DNA from: Verrucomicrobiota bacterium
GTDB lineage: Bacteria; Verrucomicrobiota; Verrucomicrobiia; Limisphaerales; CANJXF01
Assembly (NCBI GenBank): GCA_038214755.1
Contig: JBBQRQ010000042.1
Span: forward strand, 1-41,256
Direction: 5' to 3'
DNA length: 41,256 bases
Shown here: positions 39,324-41,256 of the stretch, one piece after another
Layout: every line of letters starts with the position of its first letter
Position numbering within the stretch: position 1 is the stretch's first letter
Made by a program: the position numbers and the translations under genes
Notes under the pieces: generated by a model
Database searches by the model: none
Seen by the model: the letters and a program-made list of their open reading frames with translations, nothing else
Told to the model about the DNA's origin: nothing

Positions 39324-39740
39324 CAGGACGCCGCCAAGGCGATTGAGTTTTACAAAAAAGCTTTTGGCGCACAGGAAAACGCGCGGCACATGACGCCCGA
39401 TGGCAAGTCCGTCATGCACGCGCAACTGAAAATCGGCAACTCCATGCTGATGATTGGAAACGAATTTCCGCCAACGTGTCCCTCGCCCAAATCGCGCGGT
39501 GGCACAAGCGTGGTGATGCACTTTTACGTCGAGGACGCCGATGCCGCATTTGATCGCGCCGTGAAGGCAGGTTGCACGGCGAAGATGCCGATGAGCGATC
39601 AATTTTGGGGTGACCGTTACGGCCAGGTGGAAGATCCGTTCGGCCATCAGTGGTCCATTGCCACGCGCAAATAGGATTTCACGGAGGAACAAATTTCTGC
39701 GAACGCCAAAACCTTCTTTGCTAACATGCCGAAGATGTAA
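39324..39740 (+). pseudogene. VOC/glyoxalase (PhnB-like) gene, 5'-truncated, with an in-frame TAG
   Basis: DAAKAIEFYKKAFGA...MHAQLKIG...DQFWGDRYGQVEDPFGHQWSIATRK*DFTEEQI...KM*; the start region is replaced by the thrS relic. Confidence 0.8.
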
Positions 39741-39767
39741 TGAGACTCCACTGCTTTCTCAATTCGA

Positions 39768-40766
39768 TTACTCTGCGTGCCATGCATGGAGTCGGAAAAA
39801 CCTCGGCGATGGCTGGCTCTTCACATTGGGAATTGTGTAATTCTTGATACTGCCGCTGCCGGTTGGTCCGCCATTCAAGCTCGTCCAGGCCACCGGTGGT
39901 GTCAGATTGGTGGCCTGCTGTATAAGAACGTTTTGATTTCCGCCCCAATATATATACAAGTCAGTGCTGTTGGTGATAGCGACGTTCATGGTCAGCGCAA
40001 CGGGAGTTACATTCGGCCAATCGCCTTCCACTCGGATTTGGTCGAGGGTTATGCCACCTGGCCCTTCCGTCGCTGAGGTTTGGTGAATTACCACTTGGCC
40101 GACACCAGTCAGCAGATCAGTGCCAGCCGTAGCCGTAAGAGTGGGAGCGGGACGATTGGCGTCGGCTACTCCGTAATTGGTAGGATTGGGATTGATCCAT
40201 AATAAAGTCGAAGTATCTCCTTGGTCGGGAGTGGCGTATTTGCAGACCACAAAATTAGTCCGGCCCACCAAATAAGCGTTCCCATCCCAAACCGGCGCTC
40301 CGCCCAGGCCGGAAGTTTTTGCCACGCCGATATTGTAGCTGTTCGCGGCGCCCAGAACGTCCTTGCGAAGAAATAATAATCCGCCGTAAGCGTTCGTCTG
40401 AATCGATTGAGAAAAAGCGGCAATGAAACCCCCGTTCGTCGTCATGGAACCCAAGGCTGTGACTTTGAAAGCAAGCGAATAAAAATAAATGCCCGGTTGC
40501 TCTCCGCCCAACAAGTTCGTCAGAGCATGGCGAACCTCCATTGGTCCGCCGCCAAAGGCAAGGCTGTTGCCTTCGCCCGCCGGCATCAAACCTGGTGTGA
40601 CCAATGTGCCCGCTTGGATAACGGGGTTGGTGCCGGAAGAGAGCACCCATCCTCCTTGCCCACCCAGAGCGGAAGCCGGTGGATAAGCAAACGATTCGTA
40701 AAACTGGAGTGCTCGGGCTTGGGTTCCAAAAAAACAAAGGGTGAGGATGATAAGAATATTTTTCAT
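39768..40766 (-). CDS. Secreted hypothetical protein with a C-terminal FFR-type domain
   Basis: Signal peptide MKNILIILTLCFFGTQARA; FYESFAY...LGGQGGW; ends PRFFRLHAWHAE. Confidence 0.8.
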   Translation of the reverse strand: MKNILIILTLCFFGTQARALQFYESFAYPPASALGGQGGWVLSSGTNPVIQAGTLVTPGLMPAGEGNSLAFGGGPMEVRHALTNLLGGEQPGIYFYSLAFKVTALGSMTTNGGFIAAFSQSIQTNAYGGLLFLRKDVLGAANSYNIGVAKTSGLGGAPVWDGNAYLVGRTNFVVCKYATPDQGDTSTLLWINPNPTNYGVADANRPAPTLTATAGTDLLTGVGQVVIHQTSATEGPGGITLDQIRVEGDWPNVTPVALTMNVAITNSTDLYIYWGGNQNVLIQQATNLTPPVAWTSLNGGPTGSGSIKNYTIPNVKSQPSPRFFRLHAWHAE

Positions 40767-40953
40767 ATATTTTTCAGGGTGGACAGGACGATCTTTCCCG
40801 CGCCGCAAAAGTTTGTCAAGTTAGGAACTTAGAAAAATCCCATGAGCTTTTTTCTTACTGCTAATGGAAGGAAGAAAACAACGAACAGCGAATATCAAAG
40901 GGCGAACTTTCCCGCTTTTGTCATCCCGGAATAGCCCAAACGCGCAATTCGAT

Positions 40954-41155
40954 TGTTCGATGTTGGATATTGGATATTGGATATTGGATATTGGATGTTG
41001 GATGTTGGATGTTGGATGTTGGATGTTGGTGATCGGCGGATGATCCGTCCCTCGTTGCGCATCGACGAGCGGCTGACGTCCCAAGTTCCGACGAGGCTTC
41101 CAGCCTCCGGGTCTACTTCGTTTACCAACATCTAACATCCAACATCTAACATCTA
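40954..41155. repeat. Heptamer microsatellite arms in inverted orientation around a 93-bp core
   Basis: 11 units of t(g/a)ttgga-like sequence at 40954-41030; accaaca tctaaca tccaaca tctaaca at 41124-41151. Confidence 0.88.
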
Positions 41156-41174
41156 CCCCGCCTTCCGCCCCGCC

Positions 41175-41255
41175 TCACCCCATAAGCCGCCCTAGCGCCT
41201 CCCAGGTGGCGGCGTCGAGCGGGATCCAGTCGTTGAAGGCGAGGCCTTCGACATC
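41175..41255 (-). CDS. Possible 3' end of a gene entering from beyond the window
   Basis: Reads DVEGLAFNDWIPLDAATWEALGRLMG* with GC-rich third codon positions. Confidence 0.45.
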   Translation of the reverse strand, partial: DVEGLAFNDWIPLDAATWEALGRLMG

Positions 41256-41256
41256 G

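Noticed and set aside
39672..39674. Pyrrolysine or programmed readthrough of the TAG
   Set aside because: The gene is also 5'-truncated, no pyl genes are visible, and TAG is used as a normal stop elsewhere in the window.
40821..41138. ORFs with IQHPTSN / WMLDVG repeats
   Set aside because: Translations of the heptamer microsatellite.

Overview
Bacterial chromosomal window, most likely Verrucomicrobiota (Pedosphaera-like). This is inferred from the prepilin/H-X9-DG proteins, LamG/Ig secreted proteins and the REP families. Left (1-8.9 kb, minus strand): a complex I-like operon nuoA-B-C-D-I-H-J-K with no nuoEFG, no adjacent nuoLMN and three unrelated genes intercalated. 9.3-17 kb: a duplicated prepilin-like + lipoprotein pair flanking a 1279-aa LamG/Ig protein and another prepilin-like gene. 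Next come tRNA-fMet and an intact thrS carrying a ~65-aa insert. The most striking feature is a cassette-like array downstream of thrS. Co-oriented accessory modules (TIR protein, VapBC, HigBA-like pair, transglutaminase-like + mini-RHS toxin + two putative immunity genes, PQQ-propeller protein) are each followed within about 0-15 nt by thrS-derived DNA. A second, inverted thrS-relic array lies at 37.5-39.3 kb. Several relics carry REP half-elements, and one preserves an alternative version of the ThrRS insert. No integrase, transposase or reverse transcriptase is recognisable. Also present: a dprA relic, TPR, DUF362, metalloprotease-like and tricorn protease genes, a VOC pseudogene and inverted microsatellite elements. 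All family calls are from motif recognition, not database searches.
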